Of a DNA stretch of 64,000 bases, positions 29,185 through 37,954 are shown piece after piece (the first letter of the stretch is position 1; each line of letters starts with the position of its first letter). The notes beneath the pieces were generated by a model. It saw only the letters and a program-made list of their open reading frames with translations, ran no database searches and was not told the DNA's origin. The stretch lies in the NCBI GenBank assembly GCA_023659865.1, contig JAGXON010000005.1:1-64000 (forward strand), read 5' to 3'. A program made the position numbers and the translations under genes. Source of the DNA: Candidatus Diapherotrites archaeon LH_S9. GTDB taxonomy: Archaea > B1Sed10-29 > WALL01 > JAGXON01.

Positions 29185-30386
29185 TTTACTGCCTGTTTCT
29201 TAAGGAAAGAAAGTTCCTTTTTCGTGAGCTCGAATTCATCTGCAAGCTCTTCTGCCGTTTCTTTACTGGAGAAAAGCTTTTTGTACAGAAACCAGTCATC
29301 AACCAGCACATCGTGAGGGGAAGAATGCGTTTCTTTTCCTATTCTCTTCGCTATGCCGTCCAGTTTGCTTCTTTTTGATTTTGTCCTGGAAAGCTTTTTG
29401 ATAAACGAGGGGAACTGGTACCGAGTGTAACCGTGCGGTGTTTCTTCTTTGGCTGCAGAGACTCCTGCAGTAAACAAAAAGATCACGTACTTTAAAAGCG
29501 TCCAGTTCTGTCTCTTGATTATCCTGGAGTTGAATAAGTCTGCTAAGGAAAGTTCTTCCATTGCTCTGATCAAGTCTTCTTCCTCGTACTCTCGTGGGAT
29601 GTTTTCTTCAACCCAGTTGAAAAACATTTCAGGTGTTTCTCCCGCTTCCTCAAAAGCATCTCGTGCTTTCTGAACGTCTTTCTTCTTGAAAATTGTTCTA
29701 AGTGCCTTGAAAACAGATTCTTCCCTGTCTCTATTACCAAGGATTCCGAGTTCTTCTTCAGAAAGTTTTTCAGCACCTTGGCCTGCCGCCTGAAGGTCGT
29801 TTACAGCAGATTTGATGTCACCGGAACAGTTCTTTGCTATCTTCTTCAGAGCTTTCTCTTCTGCGTCTATGCCTTCTTTTTCACAGATATTTGTAAGAAT
29901 CTTCTGTACTGTTGAAGGATGAATTCTCTTGAACTTTATCTTCTTGCACTTTTTTCTGATGGTCTTCAGCGAGCTAGCGTACGCATCATTCGCTGTCAAA
30001 ACAATCGGAGACCTAGTTTCTTTTATTGTCTTGTTTACGGCACTTGCTCCACCGTAATCTTGTCGGAACAAACCATCTATTTCATCGAACAAAATCATTC
30101 GTCTTCCGCCTGACAATGTTTTCATCTGGCTCGCCACGCCAGCAGTTCGGTTGATGCTCTTCTTGTTCCGCAGATCAGAAGCGTTAGTCTCTAGAACTTG
30201 CCAGTTCATGGTGTTAGCCAGTGCTAGTGCAGCAGTTGTCTTTCCGGTTCCGGGCGGTCCAACCAAAAGCAGTGGATCGCTGTCAGTAGTCCAGGATTGG
30301 GCCCATTCCTTCATTTCTTTCACGGGAGTGGGATTGCCTTCTATTTCATCTATGTCTTTTGGCTGGTATTTGAAAGTCCATTGCAT
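29181..30386 (-). CDS. rfcL: replication factor C large subunit
   Basis: MQWTFKYQPKDIDEIEGN..., Walker [14 protein letters not shown], Walker B ILFDEIDG, sensor motifs; 401 aa. Confidence 0.75.
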   Translation of the reverse strand: MQWTFKYQPKDIDEIEGNPTPVKEMKEWAQSWTTDSDPLLLVGPPGTGKTTAALALANTMNWQVLETNASDLRNKKSINRTAGVASQMKTLSGGRRMILFDEIDGLFRQDYGGASAVNKTIKETRSPIVLTANDAYASSLKTIRKKCKKIKFKRIHPSTVQKILTNICEKEGIDAEEKALKKIAKNCSGDIKSAVNDLQAAGQGAEKLSEEELGILGNRDREESVFKALRTIFKKKDVQKARDAFEEAGETPEMFFNWVEENIPREYEEEDLIRAMEELSLADLFNSRIIKRQNWTLLKYVIFLFTAGVSAAKEETPHGYTRYQFPSFIKKLSRTKSKRSKLDGIAKRIGKETHSSPHDVLVDDWFLYKKLFSSKETAEELADEFELTKKELSFLKKQAVK

Positions 30387-30399
30387 TAGCTAAACCCCT

Positions 30400-32097
30400 T
30401 CATTTTGGCTTTAAGTGTCCTTCCCACTTCTCTTCTTCTTCCAAAGGTCTTGAAAACTCTTCCTCGATTTTTTTCCTGTGTAATGTGTTGTAAGAGCAAA
30501 ACGGAATCAGTTTTCCGTCCGGGGTAGCGTAGTGTATGCAGCACCTCTGGATTCTTTCTTCGTCAAAGTTGTAAGGATCCTGGAAGTGCATGTTCCCTAT
30601 GAATAAAACATTGTTGTGGAACCTTGCTGCGGCCTCGAAACTACCTTTTGTGAGCATTTCTTTCAGTATCTGGAAAAATTTCCTGTATTTTTTTAGGGCT
30701 GCGGGTTTGATTATTTTGTGCAAATTCAACAGGAGCTTTCTCTTACTTAGTTCTTTTTCGCCGGAGAAGAGGTCTAAAACTCCTTCTATGTCTATCATAT
30801 CGTTCAAGTTAGTCATTTCACTGTCTTCATCTATCCAAACATACGTTCCTGAACCACAGACTGGATGAGTGCTTAGTTCAGGGTAAGCGTTCTCATCTTT
30901 CTTTTGTTTCAAGTAATCAAGTATCCGGTGCAGAGCGCTTATAGTAACCCAATCCTCTTCTTCAATTGCTCCGTCTGTTTGTTCTTCAGCGTCTTTGAAC
31001 AAGTCAGTGACCGTGTATCTCTTTTCCTTAAGTTCTTCAGTGTCTATTCTCCCAGTAAAACTTACTGGCTGGAAGTTAACTGCTTTAACGATATCGTTGT
31101 TCTCCGCAGCGAACTTGATTATCTCCCCTATTTGGTGATCGTTAACTCCTTTAACAACAGTTGGAACCAAGACAACATTAGGGGCATGATCAAACTCTTC
31201 TCTTGCCTTCCTAAGGTTCTTCAACGCTTTCTTCTTTATTGGTAGTGCGTTGAATCCTCTTGCTTCCTTGTAAGGCTCTGGAGTAACTCCGTCAAACTGA
31301 AGGTAAATAGTCGAGGCTCCTGCTTTGCTTATGTCTTTAACGAACTCATAATCTCTGGATATTCTTACGCCGTTGGAGGCAATCATTATCTGCTTGAAAC
31401 CGTAATCTTCTTTTGCCATCCTGATAAGCTCAGGGAGGTTGCCCCTCACTGTAGGCTCTCCACCAGCAAACTGTACGGCGCTGCAGCGTGGTTTCTGGTT
31501 CGCGAGAGTTTTGTAAATTTCTTCAACCTGTTCTGTACTGGGCTCGAAAACGTATCCAGCATCGTTAGCGTTAGCGAAGCATATTGGACAATTCATGTTA
31601 CATCTGTTGGTTACATCTATATTAGCTAGAACCGTACTCGTTTTGTGTTCTTCACATAAACCGCAGTCGAACGGGCAGCCTTTGCTTCTTTGTGTCTGCG
31701 GTTTTTCTATTCCTGTTCCCGTGTGGAATTCTTTCATAAATTTCTTCCAAATGCTGGAGTCGGAGAAAACTATGTCCTGGCATTCTCCGTGTTCTGGACA
31801 AGATTTCTTCATCAGTATTTGTCCTTTTTCTTCAACAAGGTTCGCTGGAATCCTCTCAAGGCATTCTGGACAGAGAGACACTGTTCTTCTCACGGTGTTC
31901 TCGGGAACCTCTGTCTTTATCTCTCCATGGTCCTCGCACTCTGTTTTAACTACTGTTTTCCCGTTTTCTTCCATTATCTTTCCTTTCATGTACTTCAAAC
32001 ACTTTGGGCAAACGGAAGAGATAGTTCTAGGTGTTTCCTCGGAAGATAAGGATACTTGCTCGGATTTTTCTTTAAAAGCTTCGTTTTCTGATATCAT
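30400..32097 (-). CDS. radical SAM protein with two N-terminal rubredoxin-like Zn-ribbons and a Cys-rich C-terminal region (COG1964-like; tetraether-synthase-like family possible)
   Basis: CxxxCxxC in VTNRCNMNCPICFANA; two N-terminal CPxC...C..HG pairs; C-terminal RCCIHYATPDGKLIPFCSYN. Confidence 0.6.
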   Translation of the reverse strand: MISENEAFKEKSEQVSLSSEETPRTISSVCPKCLKYMKGKIMEENGKTVVKTECEDHGEIKTEVPENTVRRTVSLCPECLERIPANLVEEKGQILMKKSCPEHGECQDIVFSDSSIWKKFMKEFHTGTGIEKPQTQRSKGCPFDCGLCEEHKTSTVLANIDVTNRCNMNCPICFANANDAGYVFEPSTEQVEEIYKTLANQKPRCSAVQFAGGEPTVRGNLPELIRMAKEDYGFKQIMIASNGVRISRDYEFVKDISKAGASTIYLQFDGVTPEPYKEARGFNALPIKKKALKNLRKAREEFDHAPNVVLVPTVVKGVNDHQIGEIIKFAAENNDIVKAVNFQPVSFTGRIDTEELKEKRYTVTDLFKDAEEQTDGAIEEEDWVTISALHRILDYLKQKKDENAYPELSTHPVCGSGTYVWIDEDSEMTNLNDMIDIEGVLDLFSGEKELSKRKLLLNLHKIIKPAALKKYRKFFQILKEMLTKGSFEAAARFHNNVLFIGNMHFQDPYNFDEERIQRCCIHYATPDGKLIPFCSYNTLHRKKIEEEFSRPLEEEEKWEGHLKPK

Positions 32098-32168
32098 ATG
32101 GAACCCTTAAAAACAGATGTTTTTACTTTTTATTCCAATGCTTTTTTAATTTTATTGTTTAAAAATGA

Positions 32169-33344
32169 GTGGTGAAACAAGTGAAAATAGGTTGTGTTGG
32201 AAAGCCTTCTTCAGGGAAAACAACTTTTCTGAACGCAGCAACACTAGTGAACGCTGAAACTGCTTCTTACACGTTTACTACCATCAAACCAAACCAAGGG
32301 ACGGCTTTCGTTAGAACTAAGTGCCCCTGCCAAGAGTTCGACGTGGAGTGTAATCCAAGAAACTCAAAATGCATTAACGGGACAAGAATGGTTCCAGTGA
32401 CTCTGATAGATGTTGCTGGACTAGTTCCTGGAGCTCACGAAGGAAAAGGGATGGGAAACCAGTTTCTATCGGATTTGACTGATGCAGATGCGCTTATCCA
32501 CGTGGTAGATGCTTCAGGAAGAACTGATGAAAAGGGAGAACCAACAGAAAACCATAACCCAGTGAAAGACATAGATTTTCTGGAGGAAGAGATAGATTAC
32601 TGGATTCTAGACATAATAAAAAAAGACTGGGATAAACTGGAAAGAATGGCTCGAACTGGAGACGTTGACATTGGGAAATACGTTTACGAGAGAGTAAGCG
32701 GCCTTAAAGTCAGTGAAGAGATAGTTAAAAAAATAGTGAAGAGATTGGAGATAACCCCTAGCTCAGAGGAAGAAGAACTTTTCAAACTATCAAAAAAGAT
32801 TAGAGAAGAAAATAAACCGATAATGGTGGCTGCAAACAAGATGGATTTACCTGAATCAGAAAATAATTTTGACAGGATGAAGGAAAAAGCTGGGCACATA
32901 CTTCCTTGCTGTGCTGAAGCCGAGCTTGCGTTAAGAGAAGCAGAAGAGCAAGGCTTGATTGATTATTTTCCTGGCGAAAGTTCTTTTAAGATTGTTGAGG
33001 ATGTTAGCGGAAAGAAAAAGAAGGGTCTCGAATTCATAAGAGGCTATCTGGATGAAAGCGCGAGCACGGGGGTCCAGGAAGTTATCGATAGAACTGTTTT
33101 TGATTTGCTTGACATGATCGTGGTCTATCCCGTCGAAAAAGAGAAAAAACTATCGGATCGGAAGGGTAATGTTCTTCCGGACGCGCTCTTAATCAAGAAA
33201 GGGAGCACTGCACTGGACCTAGCGGAAAAGATTCACTCAGATATAGCTGAAGAGTTTAAGGGAGCAATTGATTGCAGGACTGGAAGACGAGTAGGGAAGA
33301 AACATAAGTTAAAAAACAATGATATAATAAAGATATTAGTGTGA
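32169..33344 (+). CDS. OBG-family GTPase of the YchF/OLA1 type
   Basis: G1 IGCVGKPSSGKTTFLNAAT followed by TIKPNQGTA; G3 DVAGLVPGAHEG; C-terminal TGS-like region; 391 aa. Confidence 0.65.
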   Translation: MVKQVKIGCVGKPSSGKTTFLNAATLVNAETASYTFTTIKPNQGTAFVRTKCPCQEFDVECNPRNSKCINGTRMVPVTLIDVAGLVPGAHEGKGMGNQFLSDLTDADALIHVVDASGRTDEKGEPTENHNPVKDIDFLEEEIDYWILDIIKKDWDKLERMARTGDVDIGKYVYERVSGLKVSEEIVKKIVKRLEITPSSEEEELFKLSKKIREENKPIMVAANKMDLPESENNFDRMKEKAGHILPCCAEAELALREAEEQGLIDYFPGESSFKIVEDVSGKKKKGLEFIRGYLDESASTGVQEVIDRTVFDLLDMIVVYPVEKEKKLSDRKGNVLPDALLIKKGSTALDLAEKIHSDIAEEFKGAIDCRTGRRVGKKHKLKNNDIIKILV

Positions 33345-33351
33345 TTAAAAA

Positions 33352-33591
33352 ATGAAGCCCTTGTTGACTACAGGAGCCGTGTTCATCCTAATAGGTTTTT
33401 TACTCCTTGGATTAAGCACTTTAAGCGTCATACAGTCCACGGGAACAGGAGAACAAACTGAAGGAATTTCTTTCATCAAGAACCTTCCTAAAGAAATAAC
33501 AATAAGCAGAGACGTCCTTGTAGGATCTCTAGCGTTCGTTCTGATCATACTTATTTCAGGAGTTCTTGTAATGGAAAAAAGAATTATTTGA
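33352..33591 (+). CDS. small membrane protein (2 TM)
   Basis: 79-aa hydrophobic ORF. Confidence 0.3.
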   Translation: MKPLLTTGAVFILIGFLLLGLSTLSVIQSTGTGEQTEGISFIKNLPKEITISRDVLVGSLAFVLIILISGVLVMEKRII

Positions 33592-33967
33592 ATTCAAATT
33601 TTTCTGGCGAAGCCTCGGAAGTGAATTCCCCTCCTTTCTCCTCCAATTTCTCTTCTTCTTTCTCGACAGCAGATGTTATTGCTCTCAATTCCTTGTTCTT
33701 CCTCTTTATCCTTAAGAGAGCGTAAAAGTAAGCGTTAACAATCGTGTCCAAACCCATTCTTCTCTTTTCGTGACCTTTGGAAATATGCTCCACGTAAAGT
33801 TCCACTAGCTCAAAAGCCGTTTTCTCGTCCGGCCAATCCGTTTTTTCAGGTGCTCGCGGCATCATTGAGTCTTTATTGCTGGAGCTGGTTTTCTCTGGCT
33901 TTTTCTTGGAGCCAGTTTCTTGTTTTTTTCCTTCGAAACCTTTGAATTTTTCAGGCATTTTTAACAT
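33584..33967 (-). CDS. hypothetical K/E-rich protein
   Basis: 127-aa ORF, coding-like. Confidence 0.3.
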   Translation of the reverse strand: MLKMPEKFKGFEGKKQETGSKKKPEKTSSSNKDSMMPRAPEKTDWPDEKTAFELVELYVEHISKGHEKRRMGLDTIVNAYFYALLRIKRKNKELRAITSAVEKEEEKLEEKGGEFTSEASPEKFEFK

Positions 33968-33968
33968 C

Positions 33969-34190
33969 TCAAACTGTTTCTAGTTTGAATAAAACCTTGT
34001 CGCCTTTTAATTTTTTCCTTACGGTGTTCGCAAGGTGAAGAACTTCATCTGTTTCAGGCTTGCTATTCCAGTCGTAGGCCATGTCGTAGTTTCCTTTCAT
34101 GGGTTTGAAGCCAATGTCCTCAAGTTTTTCAAGTATTTTGGTTGGGCTTGCTCCGTTAGAGTTAAACCATATAGTTAGATACGTTTTCAT
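33969..34190 (-). CDS. small hypothetical protein
   Basis: 73-aa ORF in a tight operon-like arrangement with its neighbours. Confidence 0.3.
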   Translation of the reverse strand: MKTYLTIWFNSNGASPTKILEKLEDIGFKPMKGNYDMAYDWNSKPETDEVLHLANTVRKKLKGDKVLFKLETV

Positions 34191-34958
34191 TTAATTACCT
34201 CCGTAGTTCTGGATTATTTGGACTTCCTCGGTCGTGAGTTTCTTGCCTTTCTTGAACCTGTCCATAAGTTGCTCTGCTTTCTCATTGAACTTGTGTGCGG
34301 GTTCTTTTGCTTTTTCTCGTTTCTTCTTTTTCTTAAGTTCTTCAATGTATTCCTTGTGAACTTCATCTGCCTTGTCTTTAGCTTCCTCTATTTTCTGATT
34401 CAGTTCCTTGTAATCCGGTTTGATCTCGTTTATTTCGTCGTAAATGTTCTGGATCTTTTCGTGGTAAACGTCGCTTTTTTCAGCGTGCTGTAACATGACT
34501 TGGTGATATACTTGAGCTTCTTTCTTGCTTTCGGACTTCTTTTTCTCGAGAACTCTTTTTCTTTTCAAAAGATTTTGAAGTTTTTCAAGTTTAGAAATTT
34601 TTCTGTGAAGTCTTTCTTCTTTCTTAACATTCAGCACTTTTGTCTGGATTTTCCATCTAAGTTTTTTGAGCCTTTTTTTTATTCTTCTTTCGCCCATGTC
34701 TTCATCTATATCCTTCAGTTCCTCGTTTATCTCTTTAAGTTCTTCTACAGCGTCTTTAACTCTCTTGTTTTTCTCGTTTCTTTTCTTCTTGAACTCTTGT
34801 ACTTTACCGTTCTGCTTGTCTCGCTTCTTTTTGAGTCCCTTAGCTTTTCCTTTAAGCTCGTTCATCTCTTTCTTTGTTTCCTTGGCTTCACTAATCAATT
34901 CCTGTGTCTTCTTGTTAAAAGAGTCTCTTTTCTCCTTAAGTTTCTCTAATTTACCCAT
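34191..34958 (-). CDS. long coiled-coil K/E-rich protein
   Basis: 255 aa, almost entirely heptad-like charged sequence. Confidence 0.35.
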   Translation of the reverse strand: MGKLEKLKEKRDSFNKKTQELISEAKETKKEMNELKGKAKGLKKKRDKQNGKVQEFKKKRNEKNKRVKDAVEELKEINEELKDIDEDMGERRIKKRLKKLRWKIQTKVLNVKKEERLHRKISKLEKLQNLLKRKRVLEKKKSESKKEAQVYHQVMLQHAEKSDVYHEKIQNIYDEINEIKPDYKELNQKIEEAKDKADEVHKEYIEELKKKKKREKAKEPAHKFNEKAEQLMDRFKKGKKLTTEEVQIIQNYGGN

Positions 34959-34988
34959 GTGTATCAGCTAAAAAATTGAAAACTAGGT

Positions 34989-35063
34989 ACTTTGACTGAT
35001 TGTTTATTGGATTAAAACTAATTTAAATACCTTAACCTTAGGAAAAACTTAAAAACTTTGACT
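34989..35063. promoter_or_regulatory. upstream region of pilin cluster I with two direct copies of ACTTTGACT (34989-34997, 35055-35063) flanking a TATA-like ATTTAAATA (35021-35029)
   Basis: Seen directly in the 140-bp intergenic region before the first pilin gene. Confidence 0.25.
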
Positions 35064-35096
35064 CAAAAAATTTATCAAAGCGAACGGGGAGAGAAA

Positions 35097-35567
35097 ATGC
35101 AAACTAGTAAAGGATTTGTTAGCTTCCTTCTAGTCATAATGCTGCTTCCAACAATCATAGAAGTAGGGTCAATAAAACAGAAAACAAGAATAGAAACCAG
35201 AAAAATCAAAGAAATGCTCTTAAAGCAGCAGAAAATGACGAACATAGAAAATGATATGGAAACAACGTTCTGGCAAGCTCTGGAAGAAAGCAAAGCAAAC
35301 AAAAAAGAAATGCAAAACTGGAAAAAGGAACAGGAAAACGCCTGGAAAACCGTTACAATAGACATAAGTGGGGGGAAACTTCTTGAAAACGATTCAGTGA
35401 AAAAAATACCTCTAAGAAAGTACTTGAAGAAAGTCCCAACTAAAAAAGAGCTGGAGCTGAAGAAAGGAGGAGAAACAGGTAATAAAGAGGGACTGATAGC
35501 CAGAATAAGTTCAGAAGAAACAGAATCAATTTACGTGATACCGGAGGGGAACTCAATTGAATACTAG
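35097..35567 (+). CDS. class III signal peptide (type IV pilin-like) protein
   Basis: MQTSKG|FVSFLLVIMLLPTII. Confidence 0.45.
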   Translation: MQTSKGFVSFLLVIMLLPTIIEVGSIKQKTRIETRKIKEMLLKQQKMTNIENDMETTFWQALEESKANKKEMQNWKKEQENAWKTVTIDISGGKLLENDSVKKIPLRKYLKKVPTKKELELKKGGETGNKEGLIARISSEETESIYVIPEGNSIEY

Positions 35568-35793
35568 AGGCCAGTCAAGCATAGAGCTACTGATAGCGCT
35601 AGGTGCGCTGATAACGGTTTTACTAGTTTTTTCGAGCATGATAATGGAACAGAACCATGCCATAACCCAGATAAAAGCTGGGAAAAAAGTAGAGAGGATC
35701 AGAAAAAACGTGGAAGAATCTCAGCTAGATTGCTTCAGTAACCGAGAGATTGACGGGAAGAAGAAAAAAAGCAATCCAAGGTGGTTCCGTTGA
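35557..35793 (+). CDS. class III signal peptide (type IV pilin-like) protein
   Basis: MNTRG|QSSIELLIALGALITVLLV, the canonical [KR]G-Q-x-S-x-E pattern. Confidence 0.55.
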   Translation: MNTRGQSSIELLIALGALITVLLVFSSMIMEQNHAITQIKAGKKVERIRKNVEESQLDCFSNREIDGKKKKSNPRWFR

Positions 35794-36146
35794 AAAAAGG
35801 CCAGGTCTGGATCACTGATGCAATGCTAACTTTTTTTCTAATGGTGCTAATGCTTGTTTCCTCAACCGTTATCATAAATCAGCAAGCAGAAAGTGTTTCA
35901 AAGAAAAGTAGCTTGCTGAAGGAACAAGCAGAAAAGATAACAGAGTCAGACGAATTGATTCACAACCCAAAGAAGATGGCGGAGTATAGCCAGGAACAGA
36001 GAAGAGTGATCCCTCAAACCGTGAGAGATAAAGGAATGTCTGGAGTAAAACTAATGAGCGTGCGTGAAGCAAAAAAGAATCCTGTGAACGGTGTTAGGCG
36101 GTTAGTGTTCTCTGAAGGAGAGGTGAAAGTGCTTGAAGTTCAGTAA
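35781..36146 (+). CDS. class III signal peptide (type IV pilin-like) protein
   Basis: MVPLKKG|QVWITDAMLTFFLMVLML. Confidence 0.45.
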   Translation: MVPLKKGQVWITDAMLTFFLMVLMLVSSTVIINQQAESVSKKSSLLKEQAEKITESDELIHNPKKMAEYSQEQRRVIPQTVRDKGMSGVKLMSVREAKKNPVNGVRRLVFSEGEVKVLEVQ

Positions 36147-36480
36147 AGGATTTTTAATGAGCTATGAAGCAATTTTCTCTTTCTTGCTTCTTTTCTTACT
36201 GCTTTTTTCGATTATTCCTCCTCAAGGACCTGGACTGGAGAAAGTTATTCTTTACAAACAGGCAAGCGATTTAACTCAAATTGTTTTAAAGGAAGAATCG
36301 TTCAGAAACCCTGAAAGAGTTAAAGAGCTCGCTAGGAGCCTGGGCCCAGGTCTGAAAGTTAACTTGAAAGTTGAGGATAGTTTTTTGGTAAAGGAATCTC
36401 CTGAATACAAGGTTACAGTAAAAAGGCATTTTTATGAAAACGGGGAGTTGAAGAACGTTAAATTTTCACTTGGACTCTAG
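36133..36480 (+). CDS. class III signal peptide (type IV pilin-like) protein
   Basis: MKFSKG|FLMSYEAIFSFLLLFLLLF. Confidence 0.45.
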   Translation: MKFSKGFLMSYEAIFSFLLLFLLLFSIIPPQGPGLEKVILYKQASDLTQIVLKEESFRNPERVKELARSLGPGLKVNLKVEDSFLVKESPEYKVTVKRHFYENGELKNVKFSLGL

Positions 36481-36858
36481 CAGTACTTTGCTTCCTTTTC
36501 TTTTCAAAAACACTTTTTCTTCTCCGTGAAAAACTTTTTTCTCTAGTTTCACTTCAGGAAGAATTTCTCGAGAAGAACTAAAACACTTCGATGAACCTTT
36601 GACCTTTCTGTTTCCGTGACTTAGATTGGTTTCTGAAGGAAAGAACAGAACCAGCTCCTGGCTATTTCCTTCGCCCATGAAGTAAACTGAATCCACTGCA
36701 TCTGCAAGCAAAGACAAAGACGCTTCCGAGTTTTCTTCACAAGCTTTTGCAGTCATCTTGGTTGAGAAGTCGTTCACCTGCATTAACCAAAACCCAAGCA
36801 AGGAAATGACGAAAAAGCTAACGACTAGGAATTCGAGTGAAACCTGTCCTCTCCTCAA
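36466..36858 (-). CDS. class III signal peptide (type IV pilin-like) protein
   Basis: MRRG|QVSLEFLVVSFFVISLLGF. Confidence 0.55.
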   Translation of the reverse strand: MRRGQVSLEFLVVSFFVISLLGFWLMQVNDFSTKMTAKACEENSEASLSLLADAVDSVYFMGEGNSQELVLFFPSETNLSHGNRKVKGSSKCFSSSREILPEVKLEKKVFHGEEKVFLKRKGSKVLLESK

Positions 36859-36859
36859 T

Positions 36860-37042
36860 TCAATCCCCTATCTCATCTATTTTCGAGAGCACTTCATCTG
36901 TTTTGTTGTTCATTTTGTTGCTAGCTTTGGTAGCGGTTCCTGAAAGTCCTTTTATCATTATGAAAGATACTGCTAGTACTGCAGCCATCACCACTATCAT
37001 TTCCGCAGATATTTGTGCTTTTTCTTCTTCAATCAGTTTCAA
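36860..37042 (-). CDS. small pilin-like protein (60 aa)
   Basis: MKLIEEEKA|QISAEMIVVMAAVLAVSFIM. Confidence 0.45.
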   Translation of the reverse strand: MKLIEEEKAQISAEMIVVMAAVLAVSFIMIKGLSGTATKASNKMNNKTDEVLSKIDEIGD

Positions 37043-37227
37043 TCCAAGTCCTCCAGTAAGTCAACGGCTTCATCGGATTTGTCAGATAAAGCTTCGCTGG
37101 ACTCTTCTGTCGTTGATTGAAGGTTTGTCAGAAGCATTACTGCTACTGCAAGAACTGCTGCTAGGACTAAAAGCATTTCTACAGATATTTGTGCCTCTTC
37201 GTCTGAGTAGAGTTGTCTTAATTTCAT
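37039..37227 (-). CDS. small pilin-like protein (62 aa), paralogue of 36860..37042
   Basis: MKLRQLYSDEEA|QISVEMLLVLAAVLAVAVML. Confidence 0.45.
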   Translation of the reverse strand: MKLRQLYSDEEAQISVEMLLVLAAVLAVAVMLLTNLQSTTEESSEALSDKSDEAVDLLEDLD

Positions 37228-37264
37228 TTATTTCTCTCCCCTTTGCAGTTAATTAAATGAAAAA

Positions 37265-37278
37265 CATTTATTTAAATG
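37265..37278. promoter_or_regulatory. AT-rich perfect palindrome CATTTATTTAAATG in a divergent promoter region (pilin operon on the minus strand, M50 protease on the plus strand); TATA-box candidate
   Basis: Seen directly; position between divergently oriented start codons at 37227 and 37297. Confidence 0.3.
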
Positions 37279-37296
37279 TTTTCATAAAAAACAGGT

Positions 37297-37878
37297 ATGC
37301 CTTTAACGAAAACAGAAACACTTCACATGCTCATCTCAGTCGTAACTATCAGTCTAGCGTTTTCAATGGGAGCAGCGTTCTTAGGTGTAAACAATTTTTT
37401 CTCGAAGTTCCCTGTTGTCCTCATAACTTTAGGTGCAGGGTTTGTGCTCCATGAGATGGGTCACAAGTTCACTGCCCAGCACTTCGGTTGTTTTGCCGAG
37501 TACAGGGCTTGGACTCCTGGACTTTTGCTAGCTCTTGGCCTTGCAGTTATTAGTGGTGGAACTCTTGTGTTTGCTGCTCCTGGAGCAGTATACATCGGAG
37601 GGAAAAGAATTTCCGTGAAAGAAAATGGGGTGATTTCGTTAGCAGGTCCTTTCGTAAACCTGATTATTGGTGGTTTGTTCTTTTTGCTCTTATTATCTGT
37701 TGCATCAGATTCTTTGCTTGGAAGAATCGGTTTCACTGGTGCTTACATCAATTTTTTCCTAGCTTTCTTTAACATGATTCCTTTCCCGCCTTTGGATGGC
37801 TCGAAGGTTATTCAGTGGAATACTGGAGTCTGGATGCTTTTCATTGGACTAGCAGGGTTCCTGACTTTCTTTTTTTAA
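37297..37878 (+). CDS. M50-family (site-2 protease-like) intramembrane metalloprotease
   Basis: HEMGH within a TM helix and a downstream NMIPFPPLDGS motif; 193 aa. Confidence 0.6.
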   Translation: MPLTKTETLHMLISVVTISLAFSMGAAFLGVNNFFSKFPVVLITLGAGFVLHEMGHKFTAQHFGCFAEYRAWTPGLLLALGLAVISGGTLVFAAPGAVYIGGKRISVKENGVISLAGPFVNLIIGGLFFLLLLSVASDSLLGRIGFTGAYINFFLAFFNMIPFPPLDGSKVIQWNTGVWMLFIGLAGFLTFFF

Positions 37879-37954
37879 AGAATTTGTTTTAATTGCTTGA
37901 GTTTCTGGGTTTCGTAATTGTTTGTTGCAAGCTTTTACCAGTCTTCAAATGTCT

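Noticed and set aside
34218-34971. Plus-strand ORFs of 91-149 aa, rich in Phe/Leu
   Set aside because: Antisense of the K/E-rich coiled-coil gene (poly-AAR/GAR codons read as TTY/CTY on the opposite strand).
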